Origin: an uncultured cyanobacterium
GTDB lineage: Bacteria > Cyanobacteriota > Cyanobacteriia > Phormidesmidales > Phormidesmidaceae
Direction of reading: 5' to 3'
Assembly: GCA_963793265.1 (NCBI GenBank)
Contig: CAWBZI010000004.1
Location: forward strand, 352,001 to 416,000
Length of the DNA stretch: 64,000 bases
The notes under the pieces are model-generated. The model had not been told where the DNA came from, ran no database searches, and saw nothing but the letters and a program-made list of their open reading frames with translations. Of the stretch, positions 1 to 10,461 are shown one piece after another (the first letter of the stretch is position 1; each line of letters starts with the position of its first letter). The translations under genes and the position numbers were made by a program.

Positions 1-99
1 TCGCCAGCTCAACAGTTTGACAATCTAGCAATATTAGTTATTGAGCTAAAGCAGCAGGTGAATGCGCTTGAAGCAAAGGTTGCAGAGCTATTGCCGTAA
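1..99 (+). CDS. 3' end of a gene entering the window (coiled-coil C-terminus ...LVIELKQQVNALEAKVAELLP)
   Basis: Open frame 1 from the window edge to TAA at 97-99; heptad-like pattern; product unknown. Confidence 0.4.
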   Translation, partial: SPAQQFDNLAILVIELKQQVNALEAKVAELLP

Positions 100-120
100 G
101 GATTGCTGTCACGGCGGTTT

Positions 121-1119
121 TTAGTGACGGTTAGAGGCCACAGATTCTTCTTTCTTAGTACCCTCTGGAGATGGCCGGAAGGCGTATTCTTTGCGGCTAC
201 CGCGGCTGTGGTACTTGTGAATGAGGGCGATCGCTACTCTATCCAACGGCGAACAAAGCGCGTAGTAGTCTTGAATCAGCGCTTCGTACTCAGGCTCTAT
301 CTCGTGATCTGCTTGGCTGGTGAGTGATTCGTAGGCGCAAAGGCCACGGGCAAATAGCCGATTGGCGTAGAGAGTCACCTCGGGCAGACGGGTTTTGAGG
401 AGGTAGGCGGTGACGAGCTGGCGCTCTAAAAGGAAGGGGCGATCGCGGCGAAGGGTGGCCGCGTTGCTGCCGTGAATGCCCTGAATGGTGAGGGTATCGG
501 TGAGGAAGTAGCCAGGCGAGAGGGCCATTGCCGCAGAGCGTAAGTAGCGATCGGCAGAGGTCTTAATAAAGGTTTCGGGCATGGGCAGAATTTGCGCGAG
601 TAGGGAGCGCTGAAAGCATAGCCCAGAGGTGGACATGGGGTAGAACGGGAGCCTGCCCCAGCGCATAGCCTGCCGGAAGTCGCAGGGCGTCGAAGCGTCG
701 CTGTCGGCTTTAGGGAAGGCGCGAGTTTTGCCTAAGTCTTTGCCAGTGTGGGTGTCTTTTAGCTGTAGGGCATGGAAGCACCAGCCTGCTTCGGGTGCTT
801 GGCTAAAGCAGTCGGCTATTTTTTGTAGTTTGTCAGGGGTGAATTCGTCGTCGGCGTCTAAAAAGCAGATAATCTCACCTTTACTCTGCTCAAAGCCTGC
901 GTTGAAAGCAGCATCTTGTCCACCATTCTCTTTTAAAACAGGTACTATCTCATCTTTATAACGTTGGATAATCTTTCTAGATTGATCTGTTGATCCATCG
1001 TCTACGACAATGACTTCTACGCTACGGTAAGTTTGATTGAGGACGCTATTGATAGCGGTACTCAGAAAACGACCATAGTTGTAGTTGTTGATGAGAACGC
1101 TGATTAGAGGAGGTTGCAT
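121..1119 (-). CDS. Glycosyltransferase family 2
   Basis: ISVLINNYNYGRFL, VVDDGSTD, NGGQ..AFNAG, FLDADD (DxD) motifs. Confidence 0.93.
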   Translation of the reverse strand: MQPPLISVLINNYNYGRFLSTAINSVLNQTYRSVEVIVVDDGSTDQSRKIIQRYKDEIVPVLKENGGQDAAFNAGFEQSKGEIICFLDADDEFTPDKLQKIADCFSQAPEAGWCFHALQLKDTHTGKDLGKTRAFPKADSDASTPCDFRQAMRWGRLPFYPMSTSGLCFQRSLLAQILPMPETFIKTSADRYLRSAAMALSPGYFLTDTLTIQGIHGSNAATLRRDRPFLLERQLVTAYLLKTRLPEVTLYANRLFARGLCAYESLTSQADHEIEPEYEALIQDYYALCSPLDRVAIALIHKYHSRGSRKEYAFRPSPEGTKKEESVASNRH

Positions 1120-1296
1120 GTATAAGGACTGTCGGTAAATGAAATGATTTTATTGGATTTTCTATCGGTTGAGTACAGGTACAGGCAAACGTGAATAGAT
1201 GCATGGGTGAAGCATATATCTAGAAATGTTGATGTAGAATCCGTAATTTTGATGAATGTCTAGTAAGTACTTTTTAGATTTCTACGGATCAGACCA

Positions 1297-2007
1297 CTAC
1301 ATATTAAGTCGCAGTGGCTCGGCTGGAAGATAGGCTGCGCGCGCAAGCTGAATGGCCACTTCTATAAAATAAGCTAGCCAGGCAAAGATAGCTATAAACT
1401 TCGCTCCGTCTTCTATCCAATTAGCGTTATATGAACTAAGTGGGGATACATCAATAGCTATTGATGTAAAGAAGAGAAGTATGCTGAGCACAAATAGCAA
1501 AGGCTGAGTTGAGAGCATCAGCTGTCGAAAATAGACGACAATCGCGACTAGAGCAATTACGTACGCTAAGAAGACTAAATTCTCAGAGATATAGAGCTTT
1601 TCGGGAAATAGCCATTCGTGTAGCATGAACAAATCGTCTAGGCACAGCACCGTGTTGAACAGGTCAAATACTGCCAAAAACCTTATGTGCTCTATTCTAG
1701 CGGATAGATGCTTGAGTAAGTATGCGCTAAATAGGCAAACGGCGGCACTGGCGCTCCAGAACAAAACGCCAATGTTGGAGAGTGCGCCGTAGTAAATGGG
1801 ATGAATGGCGATCGCAGCCGGATCTCGGTTGAGGTTGTCAAGCGAGACAAAGGGCTGCAATCGCAGTGATAAGAGCACTATCGCCCAAAACACGCAGCCA
1901 ATACCGACTATGGCTCGATAGGACAGTCTGCGACCAGATGGGTTTGGATTAGACGGTTTATTGTTAACAGGTTCATGCTCAGACGGTCTGAAAGTGGGCT
2001 GTGACAA
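1297..2007 (-). CDS. Multi-pass membrane protein of unknown function
   Basis: About 7 hydrophobic segments, LDDLFMLHE motif; start codon uncertain. Confidence 0.7.
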   Translation of the reverse strand: MSQPTFRPSEHEPVNNKPSNPNPSGRRLSYRAIVGIGCVFWAIVLLSLRLQPFVSLDNLNRDPAAIAIHPIYYGALSNIGVLFWSASAAVCLFSAYLLKHLSARIEHIRFLAVFDLFNTVLCLDDLFMLHEWLFPEKLYISENLVFLAYVIALVAIVVYFRQLMLSTQPLLFVLSILLFFTSIAIDVSPLSSYNANWIEDGAKFIAIFAWLAYFIEVAIQLARAAYLPAEPLRLNM

Positions 2008-2097
2008 TGCTTGGTTAAGACTCTATTAAGGTGTTATTAAGAGCATAAAGGATTGCGATGGCACCGTGGTTTCGACTAGCTTGGATTAATCGGTATT

Positions 2098-5000
2098 TTA
2101 TTGTGCGATCGCAACCACTTTACTAAAGCCCGCAATCGTCAGCACCCCTCCACCTGTAAGCGTTTGAGTGGTAATAGTGAGCTGTTCTTCACCTGTAATC
2201 GTGGCCCAGGGATCGCCTGTATAGATAGTAACTTCCCAAGTCTCTCCTTCGGGTAATATGAGTGTTTCAGTCGTCTCGTCAGCGTTCGTTGCCGAAATAC
2301 TCTTTGTACCGTTTGCTCTGCTACTCTCTCTTTCATTTCCTTCGTGATTCTCTACCTGCCAGGCAATGAAAGCACTGCCGCTTTGGAGTAGCGTGGCTGT
2401 CCCTTCGTCGAAGATATCAGCCGATTTTCCTAGCAATAAGCCCATTGCAGTTGGCTGGTAGGCTTCGCTAGCGTCAGTTTTGAAAGGCCGATCGGCACTG
2501 CCGCGCTGCTGACCGTCTATTTGCAGACCATTTTCGTCAGTTAGCCCCTGCCACTGAGCATTACCTGTAAGCAAATGGGCAGTAGACACCGCCGTGCGTT
2601 CATCCTTTAAGAATTCCTGAGTGTGCAGGTCAATCATCAGCGCTTGCAGCCAGCTACCGCCGAGGATAACCACAGCGTCTTCAATAATGTTGTGCTCTGT
2701 GATCCATAGCTCTTTGTCTTTAAGTTCTGACGTATGAAGGGCGGGATCTGCTAAAGTCTCACGCAGTATTTCAATGCCTGCTCTGGCGATTTCTCCTGCT
2801 CTGGTGCGATCGCCAACATCGCTTTTAGTCACACCTAAATCCTCTGTGGAGTAGTAAGGGTGAAGGGTAAAGGCATCTACAACATCTACCGCGCTGAGAT
2901 TGTCGGGGCCGGTTTTGGCGAGCAGGGCGGGCCACCATTCAGTGCCACGCTGTTCAGGTACGTGAATAGGAGAAACGCCTGTGACGGCGATAGTTGCGTC
3001 TTCTAATCCGGGGACTTTGCGAATCGCGATCGCCCATTCTTTAGCCTGTGCGGCATAGTCAGCCGCCGTTGGGGTGCCGCCAACTTGAGGCGCTTCGCCG
3101 CCAAAGTCAGGCCGCACGTAGTTTTGAATGCCAAAGTATAGCTCGTTGCCTAGCTCAATGCGATCGACGGTGAACCCGAGCGCTAGTGCTTCTGTGAGGT
3201 GGCGAATTTCTTTATCGAGGGTGGATGTGTTCATGTTTACCACCCAGATAGGTTCAGCGCCGCTTTCGGTGAAGAGTGGTTTTAAATTGCTGAGAGAGGC
3301 GGTGGTGCCGTATTCGTAGTTGAGCGCTAGGGGCAGAGACTCGGGAAGAAAGTAGGGATATGTCCAGGTTGGGCGAAAGTCGCCCGCTTCGTTGCGCCAC
3401 TGCACGACGCCGCCTAAGTCCCAGTCCCAGTAGTTCGCGGTGTCGCCGCCGGGGATGCGGAGGGTCTGGGCGTTGATGCCTCTGACGGCTTGAGCGAGCG
3501 CTTGTACTTGGGTGCGATCGCCCCAGTCGCTAATTTCAACGGCGTTGGCGTTGTAGCCGCTGTAGTTGTCAGGAACGATGCGAGAGAAGGCGTCGGCATA
3601 GATGGAATAAACATCCGGCTCGCCGTCGAGCACTGTGGGTAAGACGGTGGGCGGAACTTCTGTTGAGCCGTCAAGCTTAATTTCGATAATGCCTCGGAAC
3701 TGGCTATAGGCGTGTTCGTCGTCCCACTGTTTGCTGCTGCCAAAGTTGATGACGCCAAAGTCTTGAGTGCCCTGCCAGTCGTTAGGCTCGTTAGGTGCCC
3801 AGTTAGTGTAGGTGAGAGCCTCGCCACTGGCCCATGTGAAAGTGCCTTCTTGCTGGCGATCGCTCAAGCCCATCCAATATCTTTGTTCTTCACCGAAAGC
3901 TTCTTGAAGCCACCGATCTTCTGCCGCGTCGTTGATAGTGACCAAGTTGCCGCCAAGCTGTTGCGCTTCTGCCTGTGCAGCTTCCCAAGTGAGAGCGTCA
4001 TCAGTGAGAACGTATTGACTACCGTTGTACTGAAGCGGATCTTCAGTAGGCGTGGCGGGTTCTTCGACTGGCGTTGGTGTCTGAGGCGGTTCTGGTGTCG
4101 GCGTTGAGGGGGCTTCTACTTCTTCTGGGATAATAGGCGGTTCACTAGGATTGTTGTCTCCTACCTTAATTTCAACAACGCCCTGTAGCGTGGTGTAGCT
4201 GTGTTCGTCGTCCCACTGCCTGCTGCTGCCGAAGTTGATCAGGCCGAAGTCTTGAGTGCCCTGCCAGTCGTTAGGCTCATTGGGGGCCCAGTTAGTATAG
4301 GTGAGGGCTTCGCCGCTGGCCCATTTGAATACGCCTTCTTGTTCGCGATCGCTCAGATCCCATCCAAAACTTTTGGTTCTCTCCAAAGGTTTCCTGAAGC
4401 CACCTATCCTCTGCGGCATCGTTAATAGTGACAAGGTTGCCGCCAAGCTGTTGTGCTTTGGTTTGTGCAGCCTCCCAGGTCAGCGATTCATCCAGGAGTA
4501 GATATTGACTACCGTTATAGACGATGGCATTCTCTAGCGTGGGCGACGGGTTGCTATCTTCTGCGGTTAGTTGGTTAAGCTCAAGCTCGATAATGCCTTG
4601 CAGCATTGTGTAGGCATGTTGGTCATCCCATTGAATAGCGCCGCCGAAGTTGATCAGGCCAAAGTCTTGATCGCCCTGCCAGTCGTTAGGTTCGCCTGCT
4701 GCCCAGTTGGTGTAGGTGAGCGCTTCGCCGCTAGCCCATTGAAACGTGCCTTCTTGTAGGCGATCGCTCAGCCCCATCCAAAAGCCCTGATCTCGACCGA
4801 ACGTTTCAGCCAGCCAGGCATCTTCAGCAGCATCGGTGATAGTGACTAAATTGCCGCCGAGCTGTTCGGCTTCAGCCTGTGCGTCTTCCCAGGTTTTGAT
4901 GCCGTTGGTGAGTAGATAGGCTTTGCCGTTGTAGGTGATAGGGGTGCCGTAGTCAGTGAGAATGTCTCGCGTGGTTTGGGCGGTTGAAGCGGGTGCTTGT

Positions 5001-5194
5001 GGGGCGATCGCGCTTGCTTCTATCTCTGCAACCAAACTATCAACAATTGAATCTGAGTCGATTGAAAAGAGTTGATTCTGTTGATAGTTCGAGAGATTTT
5101 CTATAGCATCTGTAGAAGCGAAATCGACAATCGAATTTGAAAGATCTAGATTACCGCCCTCAGTGAGTTGAGGGTCAAGCGCGTTAGAAAACAT
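2098..5194 (-). pseudogene. Three C-type lectin domains plus a C-terminal clan GH-A glycoside hydrolase (GH79/44/51-like); one +1 frameshift at about 4357 (pseudogene or sequencing error)
   Basis: Three repeats of W..AQ..A..LGGNLVTI.DAAE..WL...W.GLSDR..EG.F.W.SGE...YTNW...EPND...WDD; TLRIPGG..ANYWDW, GNELY and WITEHN motifs; ORFs 4292-5194 and 2098-4446 join if one base is removed from ATG GGA T CTG AGC. Confidence 0.85.
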
Positions 5195-5750
5195 AAGTCT
5201 TGCGAGTTAGTAGTAGTTACTAAAACCGCAAGCAGCAAAACCTGTAGCCGCAATCAGCGCTGCTGTATGGACTACACGACTAGGAAATAAGAAAGTGTTA
5301 GCTGCTTGCTGGAGTGTTTTGTTGCTAAGAATCAGGCGCTCAGACAAGCTGCCGCTGACGGTTGTAAGGGCTAGATGCTAGAGAAAAGTCGTTAAGAGGA
5401 CTTCAACTATTGGATAGATGCGTCTTATGCCAACATTATGCTGCGTTCACAATTGAGCGACACTGTTGTTTATACCTTTATATTTACGCTGATCGAATAA
5501 GTGAATACGCCTATGCCGTATTCTTTGAACACGTAATACTACTCATCTTGCGGTTCGTTTTATGTCCCTACCCCTGTATGAGTAGGCTTTAAGCGTAAGC
5601 TAGTTGGCTTAGAAACGTGCTGTGTGTTCTCCCTGAGATGAAGTAATTTCGAATGTAAAGCAAATTTTTTACTGACATAAGCCTGGCTTAAGTCACTGTA
5701 ATGCCAGCCAAAGGTATGATAGCTTCCCTAAAACATTATGATTAGAGCAT

Positions 5751-6203
5751 ATGAATAGTGAAAAAATCCAGATCTTGCTGGCGGTATATACCACGACGCA
5801 AGAGAACGTCAAAGATATGAGGTCTAGAGTTATCAGTATCTCTAGTACGGCCATTACCTTTTTTACCGTATTTGTTGGATGGATTGTTCAAAAGCAGTCT
5901 AAGCCATCTTTCCAAGAAACTCTCTTATTCATATTTGTTGTTTTTGTTTTTTGGTTGTGTAACTTGAGGATTCTACTCGACATTAGGAAAGGTTTTGTCA
6001 ACACTATGAATATCTTGTTGAGAGTAGAAAAGTCCCTCAGACTTTATGAGCCCAACCACTTCAATGCCGATAACGAACCATTGCTTCCAATCAGCTATCA
6101 GAAGCCGAAGACAGGAAAGCACTTTAAGATGTTTGAACTCACACTTTCAATATCTGCAGTGGCAGCCAGCCTCATTTTGATTCTGAAATACGTCTTAGGT
6201 TAG
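5751..6203 (+). CDS. Small AT-rich membrane protein (about 3 TM), unknown function
   Basis: 150-aa ORF with ATG start and three hydrophobic segments; AT-rich relative to its neighbours. Confidence 0.7.
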   Translation: MNSEKIQILLAVYTTTQENVKDMRSRVISISSTAITFFTVFVGWIVQKQSKPSFQETLLFIFVVFVFWLCNLRILLDIRKGFVNTMNILLRVEKSLRLYEPNHFNADNEPLLPISYQKPKTGKHFKMFELTLSISAVAASLILILKYVLG

Positions 6204-6276
6204 CGACCTAACCATCCCATAAGTAGATCGCACCATCCTCCAACGTGAATTGAGTTTATCAAAACTAACTTAGGCT

Positions 6277-6789
6277 TTATCCCTTTATAACCAACGGTAG
6301 CAAGTGCTTCATATAATCTCGCTTCCCTATGGGTACTCCAACCATCCGAAGAATGTCGTAAGCCGTGACCATGTGGAAGTAAAAGTTTGAAATGAGAAAT
6401 TCGTTCACGTATTCACTGCCAAGCAGCTCAACGTAGAGACTTTCGCCTAAATCAATGCGTTTAACCTCGGTTAGCTTTTCATCTCCAGCTTTGATGTCCG
6501 AAAGAAGCTTATTAGTGTTTGCTATGTGTTCATGCGCCTGTGCAAGCGATGTAACCTCTGGATCTAGATTACTTGCCTGTTTTTCATTACACCAAAGGGC
6601 AAAGTTATGGGGTTGATTGCAAGTGAAAGCAACCTGTGTACCGAAGGGAAGCATGTCTGTTGCGATGCGCTCTTGAAGGAATGACTCGTCATTGCCAAAA
6701 TGAGTTTGCGCTGACTTCAAGAGATGCTCAAGAGTAAGTAAGCGGCTGTGGAAAAGGGATTGGATTGAGTCTATATTCTGGTTTTGCAT
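6277..6789 (-). CDS. DUF1993 family (DinB-like) protein
   Basis: DMLPF..QV, NFYFHMVTAYDILR..GVPIGKRDY signature. Confidence 0.88.
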   Translation of the reverse strand: MQNQNIDSIQSLFHSRLLTLEHLLKSAQTHFGNDESFLQERIATDMLPFGTQVAFTCNQPHNFALWCNEKQASNLDPEVTSLAQAHEHIANTNKLLSDIKAGDEKLTEVKRIDLGESLYVELLGSEYVNEFLISNFYFHMVTAYDILRMVGVPIGKRDYMKHLLPLVIKG

Positions 6790-6822
6790 TTTGTACTTCC
6801 TTGATGCTCAACGACGTGCTGT

Positions 6823-8103
6823 TTAATTTCGGGCGGCTACACTTTCGGCTGCTTTTCTGCGAGCAGAGGTGGTTGAGAAGAGAGAGAAGTAGATGGCTTG
6901 CGTTAGTGTTTTGAGGGGGAAGAGGAGATAGGTGAGGGGGTTGATGGTGACGATGATGTTGCGGATGTCGCGTTTGGCGAGAAAGAGAATGCCGCGTGCG
7001 ATCGCCTCTCCACTCATCACCCCAACCGGGTTCAAATTACTCTTAAAAGGCCCCAACACCAGCTTACGAATCACACATGGCGCATCAGTGCGGCGCAGGT
7101 TAATCAAGTCACCAATGAGCCGCTTGGAGATTTCATAAAGTGGGCTAAAAGCCGGGTTCACCTCAGCTTCAGAGGTATTCACCCACACTTCTTTAGTGGC
7201 GCGTCCCGTACGATTGTTCACGGTTTCTAAAAAAGTCTCCATCATGCGCCAGGCAGATAGCGCATTGACTTCGAGAGATTGTTCTATCGCGCGAGGAGAC
7301 TTTTCACCCATGACGTTGATGCCGTGGTTGATGATGAGAATGTCGATCTTTTGAAAGGCGTCGCGGAGGTCGGCTTCTTGCCCGGCTTGCCAGGCGATGA
7401 CTTTGGTCGCACCGGGAATTTCGGCGGCTGAGGTGCTAAGGGCAATTGGTTTTGTACCCTGCTTAGCGAGTTCTGTGATCAGGGCGCGGCCTAAGGTGCC
7501 TGAAGCGCCTGTGACGGCGACGGTTTTACCTTTAAGGGAGAGGGCAGTGCCTAGAATCTGATCGCTGATGGGGAAGAGGCCTGCGTAGTAGGCGTTGGTG
7601 TCGTCGAAGTGGTGACGCCAGTGGTAGGAGCGGTTTACTTTCCAGTGGCCGGGCGTAGTGGTGAGGGGGCCGGGCTCGTGGGTGAGGTCGGTGGCACTGA
7701 GGAGTCCGCGCGATCGCATAACAGCGGCAGCTAAAAACCCAGCGGCATACAAAACGCCCATCCACAGGCCGGGCGTATGCGTGAGGGTAGCAGCAAGCGC
7801 CATGACCACCATCATAAAAATAGATTCGGGCGCATCGTTATAGATCTGAGCTTTGCGATACACCTCTGTACTAATGGGGGAGAAGTCCTTTTTGTAGGCG
7901 CGGTGGTGCCAGCTATGGAGGCGCTGAAGGGGAGCCCACTGGTGGCTAAGAAAATGGTAGAAGTCGCGTACCATTTCGACGATCAGAATGGCGGCGATCG
8001 CCCAGAGGATCTGAGTGAAGTGCTGCGAAATCCAGCTGCCAGAATTTGATAGCGCGGTGGCTACCGAAAGTGCTAAGACCGGAAGTGCCAAAAGAGCCGT
8101 CAT
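6823..8103 (-). CDS. mgdE: Bifunctional sterol desaturase-like / short-chain dehydrogenase (monoglucosyldiacylglycerol epimerase MgdE)
   Basis: His boxes (HxxxH, HxxHH, HWRHH) fused to an SDR (VTGASGTLG, YEISK); ATG at 8103 preferred over the upstream alternative start. Confidence 0.8.
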   Translation of the reverse strand: MTALLALPVLALSVATALSNSGSWISQHFTQILWAIAAILIVEMVRDFYHFLSHQWAPLQRLHSWHHRAYKKDFSPISTEVYRKAQIYNDAPESIFMMVVMALAATLTHTPGLWMGVLYAAGFLAAAVMRSRGLLSATDLTHEPGPLTTTPGHWKVNRSYHWRHHFDDTNAYYAGLFPISDQILGTALSLKGKTVAVTGASGTLGRALITELAKQGTKPIALSTSAAEIPGATKVIAWQAGQEADLRDAFQKIDILIINHGINVMGEKSPRAIEQSLEVNALSAWRMMETFLETVNNRTGRATKEVWVNTSEAEVNPAFSPLYEISKRLIGDLINLRRTDAPCVIRKLVLGPFKSNLNPVGVMSGEAIARGILFLAKRDIRNIIVTINPLTYLLFPLKTLTQAIYFSLFSTTSARRKAAESVAARN

Positions 8104-8383
8104 CAAAACATCACCCGCAAAAAGTTCAAAGTTCTTAATTTCCCTTAAAAGTAATGGTAAACCGCTGACGCTCAAACGTCTTGAATTGTATAGCTATTCA
8201 TCGCTATGACTGACCAATAAGCGGTTTGTCACACAGAAGATTGCCCGTCGCTTGAGAATCCGGGTATTCTTTGTATCAAGTAATCTTGCTAGATTGCGCA
8301 GAGCTTGCGTAAGTCTTTCTGCTTTTTTGGAGAGTCTCATAAAGACCCTGCGCACCAGCAATATAAAAGGACTGTGTAAAATC

Positions 8384-10285
8384 ATGACAGCGGCGCTTCA
8401 CGAATTAGAAAGAAACAACTGGGCTCGGTCTATTCGCTATGACGAAGTGACCGCAATTCCTGAAGTGTGGCCGATTGTGGCAGGCAAGTATGGCAATGCT
8501 TTGGCGCTGCATGATCCGCATACGAGCCCCGAAACGAAATATACGTACGGCGAGCTAGCCGCCGATATTAAGCGCTTTGCGGCTGGATTGCAGGCGCTAG
8601 GGGTAGAGCCGGGGGAGACGATCGCCCTTTTCTCTGAAAACCGTCCGCGCTGGCTGGTGGCCGATCAGGGCGTGATGACAGCAGGTGCGATTGACGCAGT
8701 GCGCGGGGCGAATGCTGACAGCGCTGAGCTGCTGTTTATTTTGCAAAACAGCGACAGCATTGGGCTGATCGTGCAGGATATTACGACGCTAAATAAGCTG
8801 TCGAGCGATCTGAGCGGGGCCGGTCTGCGCTTTATTATTTTGCTGACGGATGAAGCGGCTGAGCTGGATGCTGATTTGGGCGGGGCGAAGCTGCTGAATT
8901 TTTCTGAGCTGATGGGGACGGGCGGCGAGCTGAAGCCAGTGAGGCTAGAACGCGATCGCACGGCAACCCTCATGTACACCTCGGGCACCTCTGGAATGCC
9001 AAAGGGCGTGATGCTCAGCCATAGCAATCTATTCTCTCAAATTTCGGGCGCTAGCAGCGTTGTGAGCGTCGGCCCAGAGCAAACGGTGATGAGCATTTTG
9101 CCGATTTGGCACTCCTATGAGCGATCTTTTGAATACTTCACGCTCTCGCAGGGCGTAACGCAAATTTATACAAATATCCGCTCTGTCAAAAAAGATCTCA
9201 AGGCGCATAGCCCGCAATATATGGTGGCGGTGCCGCGTCTGTGGGAGTCGATTTATGAAGGGGTGCAAAAGCAGTTTCGCGATCAGCCGGAGAGTAAGCA
9301 AAAGCTGGTTGCTTTCTTTTTGGCGAAAAGCCAGGAATACATTGAGGCCAGGCGCGTTTTGAGCGGGCTTAAGCTCGATCAGCTTGAGAGTTCGCCCGTG
9401 CAGAAAATAATCGCAGCGGCGAAGATGAGCTATTTGTGGCCGCTGCATCAGGTGGGCGATCGCCTGGTATACGGCAAAGTGCGCGATGCATTAGGCGGTA
9501 AAGTAGACTACCTCGTCAGCGGCGGTGGCTCTATCGCTGACTATCTCGAAGACTTTTACGAGATTGCTGGGATTGAAATCTTAGGCGGCTATGGTCTGAC
9601 TGAAACTTCGCCAATTACCCACGTGCGTCGCCCGTGGCGTAATCTGCGCGGGGCTGACGGCCAGGCGGTGCCGGGCGTTGAAACCTTGATTGTGAATCCT
9701 GAAACGCGCCAGCCTTTGCCAACCGGTACGCCTGGACTCGTGCTGCTGCGCGGCCCGCAGATTATGCAGGGCTATTACAAAAATCCTGAGGCGACGGCTA
9801 AGGCGATTGACGCTGAAGGTTGGTTTGATACGGGCGATTTGGGCCAGCTAACGCCAATGGGTGACTTGGTGATTACCGGGCGAGCTAAAGATACGATTGT
9901 GCTCACAAACGGCGAAAATATTGAGCCAACGCCGATTGAAAATGCCTGCTTGCGGAGCCCCTATGTGGATCAGATCATGCTGGTGGGACAGGATCAAAAG
10001 TTTATTGGGGCGCTGATTGTGCCGAGTGCGGAGGCCATGGAGAAGTGGGCAAACGGCAAGCCGGTGGATCTGAACGCTAAGGCTGTGCGTGATTTGTTTA
10101 AGCAGGAGCTAAAGCGTGAGGTGGCTAAGCGGCCTGGCTATCGGCCTGACGATCGGATTGGCGCTTTTGAGCTGCTGACGGAACCTTTTAGCGTAGAGAA
10201 CGGCCTATTGACCCAGACGCTGAAGGTGAAGCGGGCTCAGGTGAGCGATCGCTATCGTGAAGCTATCGACCGCCTATACGCATAA
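8384..10285 (+). CDS. aas: Acyl-ACP synthetase / long-chain fatty acid-CoA ligase
   Basis: YTSGTSGMPKG AMP-binding motif, GYGLTET, GRAKDTIVL.NGENIEP; cyanobacterial synteny with ylqD. Confidence 0.88.
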   Translation: MTAALHELERNNWARSIRYDEVTAIPEVWPIVAGKYGNALALHDPHTSPETKYTYGELAADIKRFAAGLQALGVEPGETIALFSENRPRWLVADQGVMTAGAIDAVRGANADSAELLFILQNSDSIGLIVQDITTLNKLSSDLSGAGLRFIILLTDEAAELDADLGGAKLLNFSELMGTGGELKPVRLERDRTATLMYTSGTSGMPKGVMLSHSNLFSQISGASSVVSVGPEQTVMSILPIWHSYERSFEYFTLSQGVTQIYTNIRSVKKDLKAHSPQYMVAVPRLWESIYEGVQKQFRDQPESKQKLVAFFLAKSQEYIEARRVLSGLKLDQLESSPVQKIIAAAKMSYLWPLHQVGDRLVYGKVRDALGGKVDYLVSGGGSIADYLEDFYEIAGIEILGGYGLTETSPITHVRRPWRNLRGADGQAVPGVETLIVNPETRQPLPTGTPGLVLLRGPQIMQGYYKNPEATAKAIDAEGWFDTGDLGQLTPMGDLVITGRAKDTIVLTNGENIEPTPIENACLRSPYVDQIMLVGQDQKFIGALIVPSAEAMEKWANGKPVDLNAKAVRDLFKQELKREVAKRPGYRPDDRIGAFELLTEPFSVENGLLTQTLKVKRAQVSDRYREAIDRLYA

Positions 10286-10461
10286 ACTGCGTTTGTGTCC
10301 TGATAGATGGGCACAATGTTGGCAAGCATATAAAGAAAAGTTGATATAAGGAAAAATGAACCCGCCTGTAGGGTCTGCGCTATGGCCTGATGTGGTGTTT
10401 CCTGATTCAATTGAAACCGTTCCGTTTTTTTAGTTGTCTATAACTCCCCCTTTACTTCGCC

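Noticed and set aside
3700..4920. Three long direct DNA repeats
   Set aside because: They are the three C-type lectin coding repeats; no spacer structure, so not CRISPR.
5195..5670. Long non-coding region upstream of the lectin gene (possible riboswitch or sRNA)
   Set aside because: No recognisable Rfam-type motif by eye; an Infernal/Rfam scan would be needed.
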